Of a DNA stretch of 64,000 bases, positions 13,695-27,291 are shown piece by piece (position 1 is the stretch's first letter; the number at the start of each line of letters is the position of its first letter). Origin of the DNA: Octopus sinensis. Taxonomy: Eukaryota. The stretch spans positions 16,430,001 to 16,494,000 of the forward strand of contig NC_043024.1 in assembly GCF_006345805.1 (NCBI RefSeq), written 5' to 3'. Both the position numbers and the translations under genes were made by a program. The notes beneath the pieces were generated by a model. That model searched no databases. It worked only from the letters and a program-made list of their open reading frames with translations, and had not been told where the DNA came from.

Positions 13695-13734
<40 letters not shown>

Positions 13735-13807
13735 TATTTTACTCTTTTACTTGTTTCAGTCATAATAAATCTCTGAGCGAAGTATAAACAGTAGCTGCAT
13801 GACATCA

Positions 13808-14292
13808 TGAAGTATATTTGCCACTTAAATGTGGCTAACCTTTAAGGCTTGTAGCCCCAGGAGGACACCTACTCCAGCTGGTTATTGACACACTTTCTGT
13901 GCCCTTTCAGTATTTGCAAAGGGAAGACGGGAAGAATGGCTTCCCTTTGCAAATATTGATAGGGCACAGAAAGGCGGCGAGCACGCCAGGCGAAATGATT
14001 AGCAGTATTTCGTCTGCCGTTACGTTCTGAGTTCAAATTCCGCCGAGGTCGACTTTGCCTTTCATCCTTTCGGGGTCGATAAATTAAGTACCAGTTACGC
14101 GCTGGGGTCGATGTAATCGACTTAATCCCTTTCTGTCCTTGTTTGTGCCCTCTATGTTTAGCCCCTTGTGGGCAATAAAGAAATAAGAAAGTGTGTCAAT
14201 AGCCAGCTGGAGGAGGTGTCCTCCTGGGGCTACAAGCTACAGTAGTATCCACCCTTAAGGGTAAGCCACATTTAAGTGGCAAATATACTTCA
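13808..14292. mobile_element. Foldback MITE interrupted by a SINE
   Basis: Arms TGAAGTATATTTGCCACTTAAATGTGGCT... and ...AGCCACATTTAAGTGGCAAATATACTTCA are complementary almost to the centre (~13930). Confidence 0.8.
13974..14185 (+). mobile_element. SINE with Meta-like central domain and 6-bp TSD
   Basis: GGTCGACTTTGCCTTTCATCCTTTCGGGGTCGATAAATTAAGTACCAG core. AGAAAG is duplicated at 13968-13973 and 14186-14191. The domain name is from recalled SINE literature. Confidence 0.75.
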
Positions 14293-14593
14293 CAATATAT
14301 ACATATATATATATATATAATATATATATATATATACTCTTTTACTTGTTTCAGTCATTTAACTGTGGCCATGCTGGAGCACTGCCCTTAGTAGAGGAAA
14401 TCGCCCCCAGAACTTATTCTTTGTAAGCCTAGTACTTATTCTATCGGTCTGTTTTGCTGAACCGCTAAGTTACAGGGAAGTAAACACACCAGCATCGGTT
14501 GTCAAGCGATGTTGGGGGGACAAGCACAGTCACACAAACATATACATACACATACATATATATACATATATATGACAGGCTTCTTTCATAGCT

Positions 14594-14832
14594 AGCAGAA
14601 CCTTGGATGTACTAATTATCGAAATAAGAGGTAATCTGTTAGCTACTGATTGGGCTAAAGATACCTTAATCAAAAGAAGTTAACATTGTCATTAAGGGAT
14701 CGAATCTCTTGCAAGTCAACATGGGATCTCTTGATGACAATGTAAACGTCACTTGATAAAGTTATCTTTGTCCCAACGAGCAGCTAGGGGATCACCCTTC
14801 ATTTGGATAACTACTACTTCCAAGGTTCTGCT
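14594..14832. mobile_element. Decayed foldback MITE-like element
   Basis: 14-bp terminal inverted repeat AGCAGAACCTTGGA/TCCAAGGTTCTGCT, plus an internal inverted repeat ACATTGTCATTAAGGGATC/GATCTCTTGATGACAATGT. Confidence 0.55.
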
Positions 14833-15354
14833 TGTTAGGAAACATATGTACTTTGGATTTCATCGATTCTATTCCCTAATTTTGGATTTCTATTTGCATA
14901 CAGGCTGATGCCAGTGCTGCCTGACTAGCACCCATGCTGGTGGCACATAAAAAGCACTATTCAAACGTGGCTGATGCCAGTGCTGCTTGACTGGCACCCA
15001 TGTTAGTGGCCTGTAAAAAGCATCATTCAAGTGTGACTGATGCCAGTACCGCCTGACTGACTCCTGTGCCAGTGGCATGTAAACAACACCTACTTCACTC
15101 CCAGAGTGGTTGGTGTTAGGAAGGGCATCCAGCTGTAGAAACCTTGCCAAATCAGACTGAAGCCTGGTGCAGACATCCAGCCTGCTAGTTCTCAGTCAAA
15201 CTGTTCAACCCATGACAGGATGGAAAGTGGACATTAAACGATGATGATGAAATGACAATGATACACCAAAACACCAGCTACAACCCCTGCTGGAGGCTAT
15301 AAAACAATTTTTTCAGCTTATCAAGCTTCCATACAGGAAAACTTTATAATAGTC

Positions 15355-15540
15355 GCAGGAGTGGCTGTGTGGTAAGTAGCTTGCTTGCCAACAACATGGT
15401 TCCGAGTTAAGTCCCAGTGCATGGCACCTTGGGCAAGTGACTACTACTATAGCCTCGGGTCGACCAAAGCCTTGTGAGTGGATTTGGTAGACAGAAACTG
15501 AAAGAAGCCCGTAGTAAATATATATGTGTGTGTGTGTGTG

Positions 15541-15583
<43 letters not shown>

Positions 15584-15800
15584 ATATGTTTGTGTGTCTT
15601 GTGTCTGTGTTTTTCCCTGCAGCATTGCTTGACAACCGATGCTGGTGTGTTTACATCCCTGTAACTTAGCAGTTCAGCAAAAGAGACCAATAGAATAAGT
15701 ACTAGGCATACAGAGAATAAGTCCTGGGGTCGATTTGCTCAACTAAAGGCGGTGCTCCAGCATGGCTGCAGTCAAATGACTGAAACAAGTAAAAGAGTAA
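15355..15800 (+). mobile_element. tRNA-derived CORE-type SINE (octopus OR-like), full length
   Basis: B-box-like GGTTCCGAGTTAAGTCCC, CORE-like GGCACCTTGGGCAAGTG, an internal (TA)/(TG) tract and tail GGCGGTGCTCCAGCATGGC..CAGTCAAATGACTGAAAC. Many other copies occur in the window. Confidence 0.85.
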
Positions 15801-15879
15801 AGAATAAAAGAGTGATCTTTTACAGGCTGCTTGAAGCTTACTACCTACACCTTGATCTTTGGATCATATTTTTAGATAT

Positions 15880-15910
<31 letters not shown>

Positions 15911-15912
15911 AT

Positions 15913-15947
<35 letters not shown>

Positions 15948-16531
15948 CACTGGACCCCATTGGTTACAACGATGAGGGTTCCAGTTGATCCAATCAACGG
16001 AACAACCTACTAAAGAGGTTAATGAGTAAGTGGTTGAGTACTCCACGTAGTTCTAAGGGAGATTCAGTGTGACACAGAATGTAACAAGGCTGGCCCTTTT
16101 GAAATACAGGAACTTCAGATTTTTGCCAGCTGAGTGGACTGGAGCAACATGAAATGAAGTGCCTTGCTCAAGGATACAAAGTGCTGCAGGGAATTGAATT
16201 CATAAGCTGAATGCCCTAACCACAAAACCATTTGCCTTCACTTACATGTACATGTATATCCAGCCATTCAAACACACACAAACTAATGTACACACACTTT
16301 CACACACAAGTGTGTGTGTACACTTGTTTGTGAGAGAGTATTCTTTAACAAGAAGTAAATTGTGAATTTTTCATATTTTCCTTATTTGGTATCTTTCAGG
16401 TCCATTCTTCCCAATTGTGTAATTCACAGTACCAACAAATAGTTCAATCACAGTTTATTATCAGTAATTTAGTATCTCACTTAGGTGAACTGAAATTCTA
16501 TAGCCTAATTTAATGAGCACACATTTATATG

Positions 16532-16598
<67 letters not shown>

Positions 16599-17700
16599 TG
16601 TGTGTGTGTGTGTGTGTTTGTGTGTGTGTGTTTGTGTGTGTTTGTATGCATATGTATATACATATATATTAGCAAGAGAAAATATAGCCTCACCTCACCC
16701 CCATCCCCTGGCTTTACTTGAATGCTAAATGAGAGATATTCAACTTCTGTATACACAAGAGAAAATTTATCTACCAACAGTGAACTCACTAACCCTAAAA
16801 TTTGCTTCTTTTTTTTTTCCAAACCAAGAGTGATAATGCTTTTCAGAATTCTTAGAAGTGATTATGTTCTTTAGCCATTATTAATCTTCAGGAAAATAAG
16901 GGAGAAAAAGAAGAGACAGATGAAGAACTAAGATTCACCATCCTTCAAGAATGAAACAGATAATACACAAAATTACATATATGTGGTGCCATAGACTTTC
17001 TGAAGAAGTTAAAATGACACAACAACATAAGCAACATGCAAAATTTATTTATTTGTAGAAATAACAAACTTAAAAGATGATACTGTGAAGATGTGAGTGC
17101 TTTTATAGCACCAGATGTCCTTTAAAATGCTTACTAGTATATTTGGCTGCACTCCTAAATGATTTTAAGATTGGTTAGTAGGTAGGGCTGTGAAGCACCT
17201 AAACTGAACCTACTCAGTAATTTTTCATGTTTTGCATTTATATGGAAAAAAATGAATCCACATTAGTTCATTTGTGGATGACATGGTACATGGTTTTAGT
17301 TTGACATCCAATGCTCAATACCACAGATTTGCTTATCAGTTGCTTGACCATAACCAGTTGAGCATGCCCTCCTCCTCCTCCACCACCGTTGCCACTGCCA
17401 CCACCACCACCACCACCACCACCACCACCACCACCGAGTTAGCCTTTAGATTATAGAAGTTGTTATTGTACAAAAAATTTGTCACAAAAAGTCACATAAA
17501 AAAAATTGCCAAAACCAGTCACAATAATGAAAACTTGGGAATCCAGAATTTCAGGATTGTGGGTCTGGATTTGGCCCAGAATGTTTTTAATCTACTCACG
17601 GAGTAAGCCTGATTCCAAAATGGTATGATATGTTAGGCTATGGCCTTTAGGAGTAAAGTTGAAAAAGTGTGATACACTGACATTCACATTTATTATATTA

Positions 17701-17912
17701 AGGCAGCGAGCTGGCAGAATCGTTAGCCTCCTGGGCAAAATGCTTAGAGGTATTTCATCTGCTGTTAGGTTTTGAGTTTGAATTCTGCCAAAGTCGACTT
17801 TGCCTTTTGTCCTTTCAGGGTTGATAAAATTAGTCCAAGTTACATACTGTAATCAACTTAATCCCTTCCCAAAAAATTTAAGGCCTTCTGCTTCCAGTAG
17901 AAAGGATTTATT
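17701..17912 (+). mobile_element. SINE with Meta-like domain, flanked by a 46-bp direct repeat
   Basis: Same core as 13974. Flanks 17655-17700 and 17913-17958 are near-identical. Confidence 0.8.
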
Positions 17913-17995
17913 AAAGTTGAAAAAGTGTGACACATTGACATTCACATTTATTATATTAGCTATGTTTAATTTTGGGGAAACTTTATTTCAGTTAA

Positions 17996-18186
17996 CCTTT
18001 ACGTTAACAACCTGGCTGAAACAGCTTCTGTTCTGTAGTACAAATATCTTGTATTTTGAATTAAAATCTTCCATCAAACCTTAGTCACAATTTATATTCC
18101 TAACACTAGCTTAATGATAACTAAGTTATTATATTAAATTATTTAAAATTAATTGAAAGAAACAAAGAGCATCTCAAAATAAAGGG
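17996..18186. mobile_element. piggyBac-type MITE
   Basis: TTAA-CCTTT...AAAGGG-TTAA termini. Confidence 0.5.
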
Positions 18187-18639
18187 TTAAAGTGTATTTT
18201 ATATATGTGTGTGTGTGTGTGTGTGTGTATATTTATATATATGTATTAAAGAAAGCAAAAATGATAGTGTTCAGTATGTTGGCCACAAGAATTTGTCAAA
18301 GCAATATGGTTAAACAAAGTCGTACATCATCTCCCTTTTTCTCTCACATATCCACTCTTTCTCACTCTCTTATTATTACTCCCACTGCCACCATCAACAC
18401 TACTACTTTTAATAAAACATCAACAACTCTCCCTAAATTTCTTTGTCTCTCTTCCTCTCCCTCTCTTTTTTCTTTCTCTCTCTCTCTCTCTTTGTCTTCA
18501 CCACTGCCCTCACTGTCTCTATGCCTACTATTACTCTCACCCAGCACAAGGAATAATAGAAGTGTCATTGAATAGTGAGAGTGGGGGGGGGGCAAAGTGT
18601 GACACACTGACACACAGAAGTTAGTTTTCACATTTATCA

Positions 18640-19840
18640 TATTATATTAGATTATTATTATTATCATTATTATTATTATTATCATTATTATTATTATTAT
18701 CATTATTATTATTCAGTAGCCTTCTTATTACATGCACTGCCGAGTACAGCTCTGTGTTCCTTGGCCATGTGCTGTGGTTTTGTTATTTTTACTGTGTAGG
18801 AAGTGTGCAGTGCCAAGCAGTGCTATTTTCTGTATGTTACATATATTTAAAAGTCCTGGTATTTTGGTTATATATTTGTCTGTCTCTTTTTTAACCCTAC
18901 TAATGCACTTATTATTATAGGGATTATTTCTATTTTCATCTTCCACATTGTATTTCAGGACTTACCCTATTTCTTTTAGAGATACATTCTCATCCATTGG
19001 AAGTAATATGTTGAATAGAAAGCATTTTTTTTCTTCGTGGTCCCAGATAACAATATATGGCTTTTTAGCCTTGATCTTGTTTCTCTATGTATTAGCATAT
19101 TCCAGAGTGTGGTTACCTTGTCATTTTCTGAAACCTTTCCAGGATATGCCTATACCATCTTTTTTCTACTGTCATTCCATGATGTTGGTACAATTTGCAG
19201 TGTATGTAAGTCCCAAATCTGTCGTGTCTCTGGATATATTCCTTCTTTGCCAAAACTGGGCCACCAGAAACAATGTGGTTTATTGTTTTTCCCCTTCACC
19301 ACATATCCGGCAATTAGTTATTGTAATTTTCTTCATTATGTGTTTTGGGGGATTTCTTGTGGGCTTGTTCATAGTTGTCAGATATTATGACGTCTTCCTT
19401 AAAGATAGAAATCAGTTTTTTTCTGTTTTACTTATGTTTTGTGGCCATTTAAGTAAGTGTTCCTTGAATCTGAATAAGATATCTCTGAAATTGTATGGTA
19501 GATATTTTATAGTAATTTTCTAGAAGTATAAGGTCTCTATCATCTTCTGCTTGTTGTACATATAACCTTTCTATATCAGATATTGGGTAATTATTCTAAA
19601 TTCTGTTGTTATTTTTCTTGTTTTCGTCCTAGTTTGGCTAATCCATTATGAGTTCAGTTAAGAATATTGCAACTTTTACTTATAACTGGGACAACAAGAT
19701 TATCGATTCCTATTATCTTGTATTTTGCACTGAGCTCTGTTTTAAGTATTAATCTCATTCATCTATAATATTCTTTCCTTATCTTTCCTTTCATTTGTGC
19801 ATGTTGTACACATTTCATTTGTGTGTGATGTAATCAACTC
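18640..19840 (-). pseudogene. 3' fragment of an R4/Dong-like (restriction-like endonuclease) LINE with (TAA)n tail
   Basis: Minus-strand pieces PVLAKKEYIQRHDR, IKAKKPYIVIWDHEEKKCFLFNILLPMDENVSLKE and NIQKIALLGTAHFL. The (TAA)n tail is at ~18640-18712. Confidence 0.8.
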
Positions 19841-20077
19841 ACTGCCTCCCCCAAAATTGCAGGCCTTGTGCTAATAGTAGAGAGGATTATTATTATCATA
19901 ATTTTCCTTCGCATCTTCTGTCAATTGTTTCCATTCCTTGCTGAGTGTTTTCTTGACACCTAGGGCAGAGAAACGTACTGAATACATTGGTAGGCCATTA
20001 AAATAAACACACCAGATTGTTCATTATCAGTCATGTGATAGAGAAATGGGGGAGGGGCGACAGAGAGAAAAACGAAA

Positions 20078-20648
20078 AAATTATTATCATTATTAGTGAG
20101 TGAGAGAGCAGTGCATGCCATCAAAGTGACACTGGGGTCAAATGTCCGAAGCCCAGTATACCCATCATGACTACCCGTCTGATAAATATAGACCAGGCAC
20201 ATGCATTGCAACCATATATGTGTGACATGGTGATCTCATATCAAGATAAACAGCACATGACCTTGCAGATGGGACCCAGTTAGCATTTACTTCAGATTGA
20301 GTAGCCCAACCCACTCAAAAGGTCCCCGAATAAGGGTTGTTTAATGATGATGAACAAAACACCCATGTTTCCAAGGGTGAATTATTCAAACCTCAAAGAA
20401 TTCCTCTCAACACAGCTATGATGCTCCCCCACTACTTCTGCTCATGATCAGAGATGCACATATCGTCAGCCACTAATGGACATGCTCAACTGGTTAAGGT
20501 CAAACAACTGACAAGCAAATCTGTTTTTGAGCAGAATATTTGCTGTAGCCCATCTTTTATACCAAGACAAAACAATGTACATGATAACACTTCCAATCAG
20601 TTAAGATCAGAAGCCATGAGAGCCACTGTCTGGTACTGCATCAGGGCT
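20078..20648 (-). mobile_element. ~570 bp SINE-like repeat (probable Nin/Deu-domain family)
   Basis: Reverse complement of 22691-23250. Contains TGGCTGACGATATGTGCATCTCTGATCATGAGCAGAAGTAGTGGGGGAGC. The domain identity is recalled, not verified. Confidence 0.65.
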
Positions 20649-20651
20649 ATT

Positions 20652-20683
<32 letters not shown>

Positions 20684-21341
20684 ATTAATTATTATTATTA
20701 TTAATCATTATTATTATTATTAATTATTATTAATTATTATTATTATTAATTATTATTAATTATTATTATTATTAATTATTATTAATTATTATTATTATTA
20801 TTAATTATTATTAATTATTATTATTATTAATTATTATTATTATTATTGTTGTTGTTGTTGTTATTCATATGCAGTGGATTGGAAGTATTATCAGAGCATT
20901 GGATGAAACACCTTGTATGTTTGTTTCAGCCAATGACTAAGTTCAAATCCCATCAAATTCAATTTTGACTTTCATCCTTTCGGGTGGTGGTGGTGGTGGG
21001 GAGGTCAATAAAATAAAGTACCAGTCAAAACACTGAAGTCAACGTAATCAACGAACTCACTTCCGACCAAAAAACTTCAAACCTTATACCTAAATTTAAA
21101 CAAAAAAAGCAATGTCACCACCCGTTGTCATCACCATCATCACCATAATCATCATCATCATCATATGATTATTTTATTTTCTGTCTCTATAGGAAGTCAA
21201 ACCTCCTACATCCTTTACGTGTTTCAGCTTTGTCTTTGTAATATCCCCACCCTTCTGGCATTCCTCTGCCTTGCAGCAACAGAAGAAACCTCTATCATCA
21301 TCATCATAATCAACAACATCATCACAGTGACTGTTATCATT

Positions 21342-21374
<33 letters not shown>

Positions 21375-21929
21375 GTTGTTATTATCATTATTTCAGGTGT
21401 AGTTGTAACCGTTTCTTTTTGTTTTTATTTTTCTTCCTGATTTGTGAATATTTTTTGAAATCTGTCTGTGTGTCATCGCTGTGAAGTTGAAACTGTTGAT
21501 TGTTTGAATGGTTCTTTGATTGGATTGATTGTCTCATTAATGATTGTCAGAAGAGAGAGAAAGAGAGAGAGAAGGAGAGAGGAGAGAAGAGAAGGGGAGA
21601 GAGAGGAGAGAAAGAGAGAGAGAAAAGAAGAGAGAGAGAGAGAAGGAGAAAAGGGAAGAAGAGGATGAAAGGGAAAGAAAGAGAGAGAAATTGCTTGGTG
21701 TTTTCGATGACAGATAGGTTTCGTGCAAAACGGAAAAGTTGCTGCTCCACTCAACTTCCAAAACGTTTCATTAACATCTCTTTCACACACCACTACATAC
21801 AAATTATTAGAGAAGGAAACATCAACTAAAATACAGAAAGGTGGCATTCTGGCAAAAGAAGAAGAAGAAAATAATAACAACAATAACGATAACAATAATA
21901 ATAATAATAATAATAATAACAACAATAAT

Positions 21930-22432
21930 AAACATTGTTTTGTCTTGGTATAAAAGATGGGCTACAGCAAATATTCTGTTCAATGCCACAGATTTGCTTG
22001 TCAGTTGTTTGACCTTAACCAGTTGAGCATGTCCCTTAGTGGCTGACGATATGTGCATCTCTGATCATGAGCAGAAGTAGTTGGGGAGCATCATAGCCAT
22101 GTGTTGAGAGGGATTCTTTGGGGTTTGAATAATTCACCTCTGGAAACATGGGTGGTTCTTTCAACATCCTTAAACAACCCTTATTCGGGGACCGTTTGAG
22201 CGGGATGGGCTACTCAACCTGAAGAAAATTCTAACTGGGCCCCACCTGCAAGGTCATGTGCTGTTTATCTTGATATGAGATCACCATGTCGCGCACATAT
22301 GGTTGTGATGCATGTGCCTGGTGTGCCCTTATCAGACGGGTAGTCATGATGGGTATATTGGGCTTCGTATATTTTACCCCAGTGTCACTTTGATGGCATG
22401 AACTGCTCTCTCACACAATAATAATAATAACA

Positions 22433-22469
<37 letters not shown>

Positions 22470-22538
22470 TGATAATAATAATAATAATAATGATAATAAT
22501 AATAACAATAATAATAATAACAATAATGATAATAATAA

Positions 22539-22570
<32 letters not shown>

Positions 22571-22621
22571 ATAATAATAATAATAATAATGATAATAATA
22601 ATAATAATGATGATGATGATG

Positions 22622-22693
<72 letters not shown>

Positions 22694-23250
22694 GCCCTGA
22701 TGCAGTACCAGGCAGTGGCTCTCATGGCTTCTGATCTTAACTGATTGGAAGTGTTATCATGTACATTGTTTTGTCTTGGTATAAAAGATGGGCTACAGCA
22801 AATATTCTGCTCAATACCACAGATTTGCTTGTCAGTTGTTTGACCTTAACCAGTTGAGCATGTCCCTTCGTGGCTGACAATATGTGCATCTCTGATCACG
22901 AGCAGAAGTAGTGGGGGAGCATCATAGCCATGTGTTGAGAGGGATTCTTTGGGGTTTGAATAGTTCACCTCTGGAAACATGGGTGGTTCTTTCAACATCC
23001 TTAAACAACCCTTATTCAGGGACCGTTTGAGCGGGATGGGCTACTCAATCTGAAGAAAATTCTAACTGGGCCCCACCTGCAAGGTCATGTGCTGTTTATC
23101 TTGATATGAGATCACCATGTCGCGCACATATGGTTGTGATGCATGTGCCTGGTGTACCTTTATCAGACGGGTAGTCATGATGGGTATATTGGGCTTCGTA
23201 TATTTTACCCCAGTATCACTTTGATGGCATGCACTGCTCTCTCACTCAAT
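21930..23250 (+). mobile_element. Two head-to-tail copies of the same Nin-like SINE separated by (AAT)n
   Basis: Copies at 21930-22420 (5'-truncated) and 22691-23250. (AAT)n occupies 22420-22690. Confidence 0.75.
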
Positions 23251-23301
23251 AATAATAATAATAATAATGATGATGATAATAATAATAATAATAAAAATAA
23301 A

Positions 23302-23337
<36 letters not shown>

Positions 23338-23677
23338 TGATGAATGCTTAAATAAATAAATTGAGAAATAAAAACCACAGATTTAAAGCTTGTGTGTATG
23401 CATACACTCCTGCACACAAACTCTTGCGTGTGTGTGTGTGTATAAATGTGGGTGTAAAAATATATACATATATATGTGTGTGTGTGTGTGTATATATTAT
23501 ATATATACACACATACACACACACACTCCCACAGAATATACATTTGAATCGGTGGTAACAGGGTGAAAAAATTCTCTCTAAAAGTATTGGGTTTCATTTA
23601 ATCTTAGTGGATGCTCTCTTTTTCTACTCTGAGTTTTGGGCAAAGATTTTTTCAGAGCTACAAATAAATAAATAATA

Positions 23678-23738
<61 letters not shown>

Positions 23739-23967
23739 TTTATATACACACACACATATATATACACACACACACACATATATATATATACATACATACT
23801 CACATACATATATATATATATATACACATACACACACATATATATATACACATATATATATATATATACACATACACACACATATATACACATACGCACA
23901 TATATATATACACATACACACATATATATATACACATACACACACATATATATATACATACATACAA

Positions 23968-23998
<31 letters not shown>

Positions 23999-25169
23999 CA
24001 CAGACATATATACACACACATATACATACATTCATATACACACATACACACACATTCCTCTAAATGAGTTAGAACCCTTTTATCTTGCATTACATTTACA
24101 TTAAATTTCCGAGAGCTGCCATGAGTCTGCATAGATTACAAAAGAGGTTCCCTACTCCAATCTGTCGCATTTCTTTTCTTCTATGTAAATCTTGTTATTC
24201 CGTGTTACTCTAAAGTTGATATGCATGATTATAAGAGCCCCTAATTCTGTGCCATTAATGCATGGAACCTCAAAGTCTTAAACTATGCTGTTTTGTGTGA
24301 ATATTTATTTTTACATCCGTGCAGGATTGCTTCCGATATTTTTCAATCTGCCATTTTACTCTCCACATATTTTGGATTCACACTTTTGTAATATGTGCAA
24401 CACCATTAGGGCAGTAACTTTCACAAACCAATGAAGCAGGTTATGGCATCATATACATATATATATCTTAAGATCAATTTAGTATATATAAATACATGCA
24501 GGTGGGCATGGATGCATGTGTGTATATATATGTAGCCAGTACCGCATTGACTGTCCTCCGTGCCGGTGGCACGTAAAAAACACCATCCGAGCATGGCCGT
24601 TCGCCAGCCTCGTCTGGCACCTGTGTCGGTGGCACATAAAATCACCCACTACACTCTCGGAGTGGTTGGTGTTAGGAAGGGTATCCAGCTGTAGAAACAC
24701 TGCCAGATCTGACTGACCTGGTGCAGCTTTCGGGCTTCCCAGACCCCAGTTGAACCGTCCAACCCATGCTAGCATGGAAAGCGGACGTTAAACGATGATG
24801 ATGATGATATAAAAGTTCAATTAGATATTAAATAAGCCTCATTAAGGGATAATAATATCCAATGAATTTTCTGGTTTATTACCTACTATGTATAATGAAT
24901 ATTAATTTTAATACTCATAATAGGTAATTAAATAAACTGAGGTTTATATTTATTTAAGAAAAATAAGGAAGTAGAAATAAATCGATTAATATTTTTATTT
25001 ATCAATTACAAAAATAGACATAAATATAAATGTCACAGAAATAGCTTGATGAAATTTTTATTGTTAAATAAAAAACTTCATCTAATTTTTTCTTTGTCAT
25101 TTGTGACATTTATATATAGAATTCATGTGATATTTATGTGTGTGTGTGTATATATATATATATATCTCA

Positions 25170-25881
25170 TCATCATCATCATCATCGTTTAGCGTCTGTT
25201 TTCCATGCTTGCATGGGTTGGACGGTTCAACTGGGGTCTGTGAAGTTAGAAGGCTTCATCAGGCCTAGTCAGATCTGGCAGTGTTTCTACGGCTGGATGC
25301 CCTTCCTAATGCCAACCACTCCGTGAGTGTAGTGGGTGCTTTTTACGTGCCGCCCGCACAGGTGCCAGACAGAGCTGGCAAACGGCCACGAACGGATGGT
25401 GCTTTTTATGTGCCACCGGCACGGGGGCCAGGCGAGGCTGGCAATGGACACGAACGGATGGTGCTTTTTACGTGCCACCGGCACGAGGCCAGTTGGGGCG
25501 GCGCTGGCAACGGTCACGAACGGATGGTTCTCTTACATGCCACCGACACTGGTAACACATCTGCAATTTCCATTGATCGATTTCGATTCTGATCCTCACT
25601 TGCCTCAACAGGTCTTCGCAAGTAGAGTTTTGTGTCCCAAGAAGGGAAGGTATGCATACGTAGGCTGGCTCCATCCCATGTAGAAGGCCACGGGTTATGG
25701 ACTCACTTCTCCTGCCGGGTCTTCTCACGCAAAGCACACTTCCAGAGGTCTCGGTCTCTAGTCATTTCCTCAGTGAGACTTGAGGAAATGACTAGAGACC
25801 GAGACCTCTGGAAGTGTGCTGTGCGCGAGAAGACCCGGCAAGACAAGTGAGTCCATAACCCGTGGCCTTCTACATGGGATG
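25170..25881 (-). mobile_element. 5'-truncated RTE copy with a terminal foldback duplication
   Basis: RTE C-terminus (EEMTRDRDLWKCAVREKTRQDK) plus 3'UTR. 25672-25772 is inverted at 25781-25881. Confidence 0.85.
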
Positions 25882-26931
25882 TATATATCAATAATATTAA
25901 TACACATAGTTTTGTTTGTTTATGTATGTACCTGTGGTGTGTGTCACACTTCAAAAGAAGAGGTAAAAATGTTGAAGGGAGAGGTACAAAGCAAGAGAGA
26001 GGAGGGACAAAGAGGAGTGAGAGAGAGAGTGAGTGGTGACTGAAAAGAAGAGAGAAAAATGTTTATCAGTATTTTCAGAGTAGACTGATACATACATTGA
26101 AAGAAAAGTAGATACAGTAGAATGAAAGTAGAAAGTAGAAAAGTAGAATGAAAGAAAAATAGATACATAGACACATTGGTAAATCAAAGACAAATAACTA
26201 CACCACTTTTCAATACCACATCAGGATAAAATTAATGCTCCAGTGGCTGAGTACTCTACAGACGTGCTTACCATTAATATGGTTCTCAGGAAGATTCAGC
26301 CTCACACAGAGTGTGAATTACAGCTACAACTAATTCTGACCAGCTGAGTGGACTGGAGAAAAAAAAAAACTTTCAAGTGTTTGGAAGTAAATGAAAAAAG
26401 ATCCAATCCAGGGGCAGGAAAATCTTTTCAGTCGATACGGTCGCTATGGGTGTTAATCCGGTCCTATCTATCTATCTATATGACTGTCTGTCTGTTTGTC
26501 TCTCTCTCGGCAAATACCTGTGGATGCTACTGTTACTTTTCTACACTTGAAGAGAGAGGTAGAAAGAAAAATAAAAATAAAAGGTGTTAAGCGGGAGGGG
26601 GAATACTTGAAGTGAGCAGTAAAGTGAGGAAGAGAGGGAGTATATATATATATATATATATATATAAGCCGCCGATTCCATTACGGAATTAACCAGAAAA
26701 TTCATAATTAATCAATATATGGTGGCAAAAAATTTCGCAGAATTTTTTTGCCACCAGCGGCCTAGTGGGAAAAAATTAAATAGTCATAGACCATTTATAA
26801 ATTCAACAGCAAAATCAAGGAATGGCCATAATAGGCCATTCACCCACTAGAAATAACAGCCAAGGCTTCAACTGCAAAACAACATTAATTCCATAAACCA
26901 GGAGAAAATTAAAAAAACATTTACCCTGTAA

Positions 26932-27036
26932 TTCTTTATACGATGCACCGTTTCTTCTATTGTTTAATGGTAAACTAACCTGATTAAATTAAATCAAGCT
27001 AGTCTTCCATAGGCTGATAGATTCATCAGTAAAGAA
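26932..27036 (-). ncRNA. Type I hammerhead motif (family C, minus copy)
   Basis: Reverse complement reads TTCTTTA-CTGATGA-(long stem II)-GAAAC-GGTGCATC-GTA-TAAAGAA. Confidence 0.7.
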
Positions 27037-27291
27037 CAGCCAGATCGGAGCAGATATTTACACGAGGCACTTCTACTACTGTCTCGGCAATATCTGACCT
27101 AAAATTTTCAAATCATCGCACTCGCGCCAAATTTATCGGCAGCAAATATAAGCCGCCGATTCCATTACGGAATTAACCAGAAAATTCATAATTAATCAAT
27201 ATAGGGTGGCAAAAAATTTCGCAGAATTTTTTTGCCACCAGCGAGACAGTAGTAGAAGTGCCTCGTGTAAATATCTGCTCCGATCTGGCTG

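Larger units (their letters stand above)
12621..13702 (+). repeat. Tandem duplication (period ~566 nt) bounded by (TA)n, each copy carrying a hammerhead
   Basis: Copies at 12621-13136 and 13175-13702 are near-identical apart from a ~12-nt indel. Confidence 0.92.
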
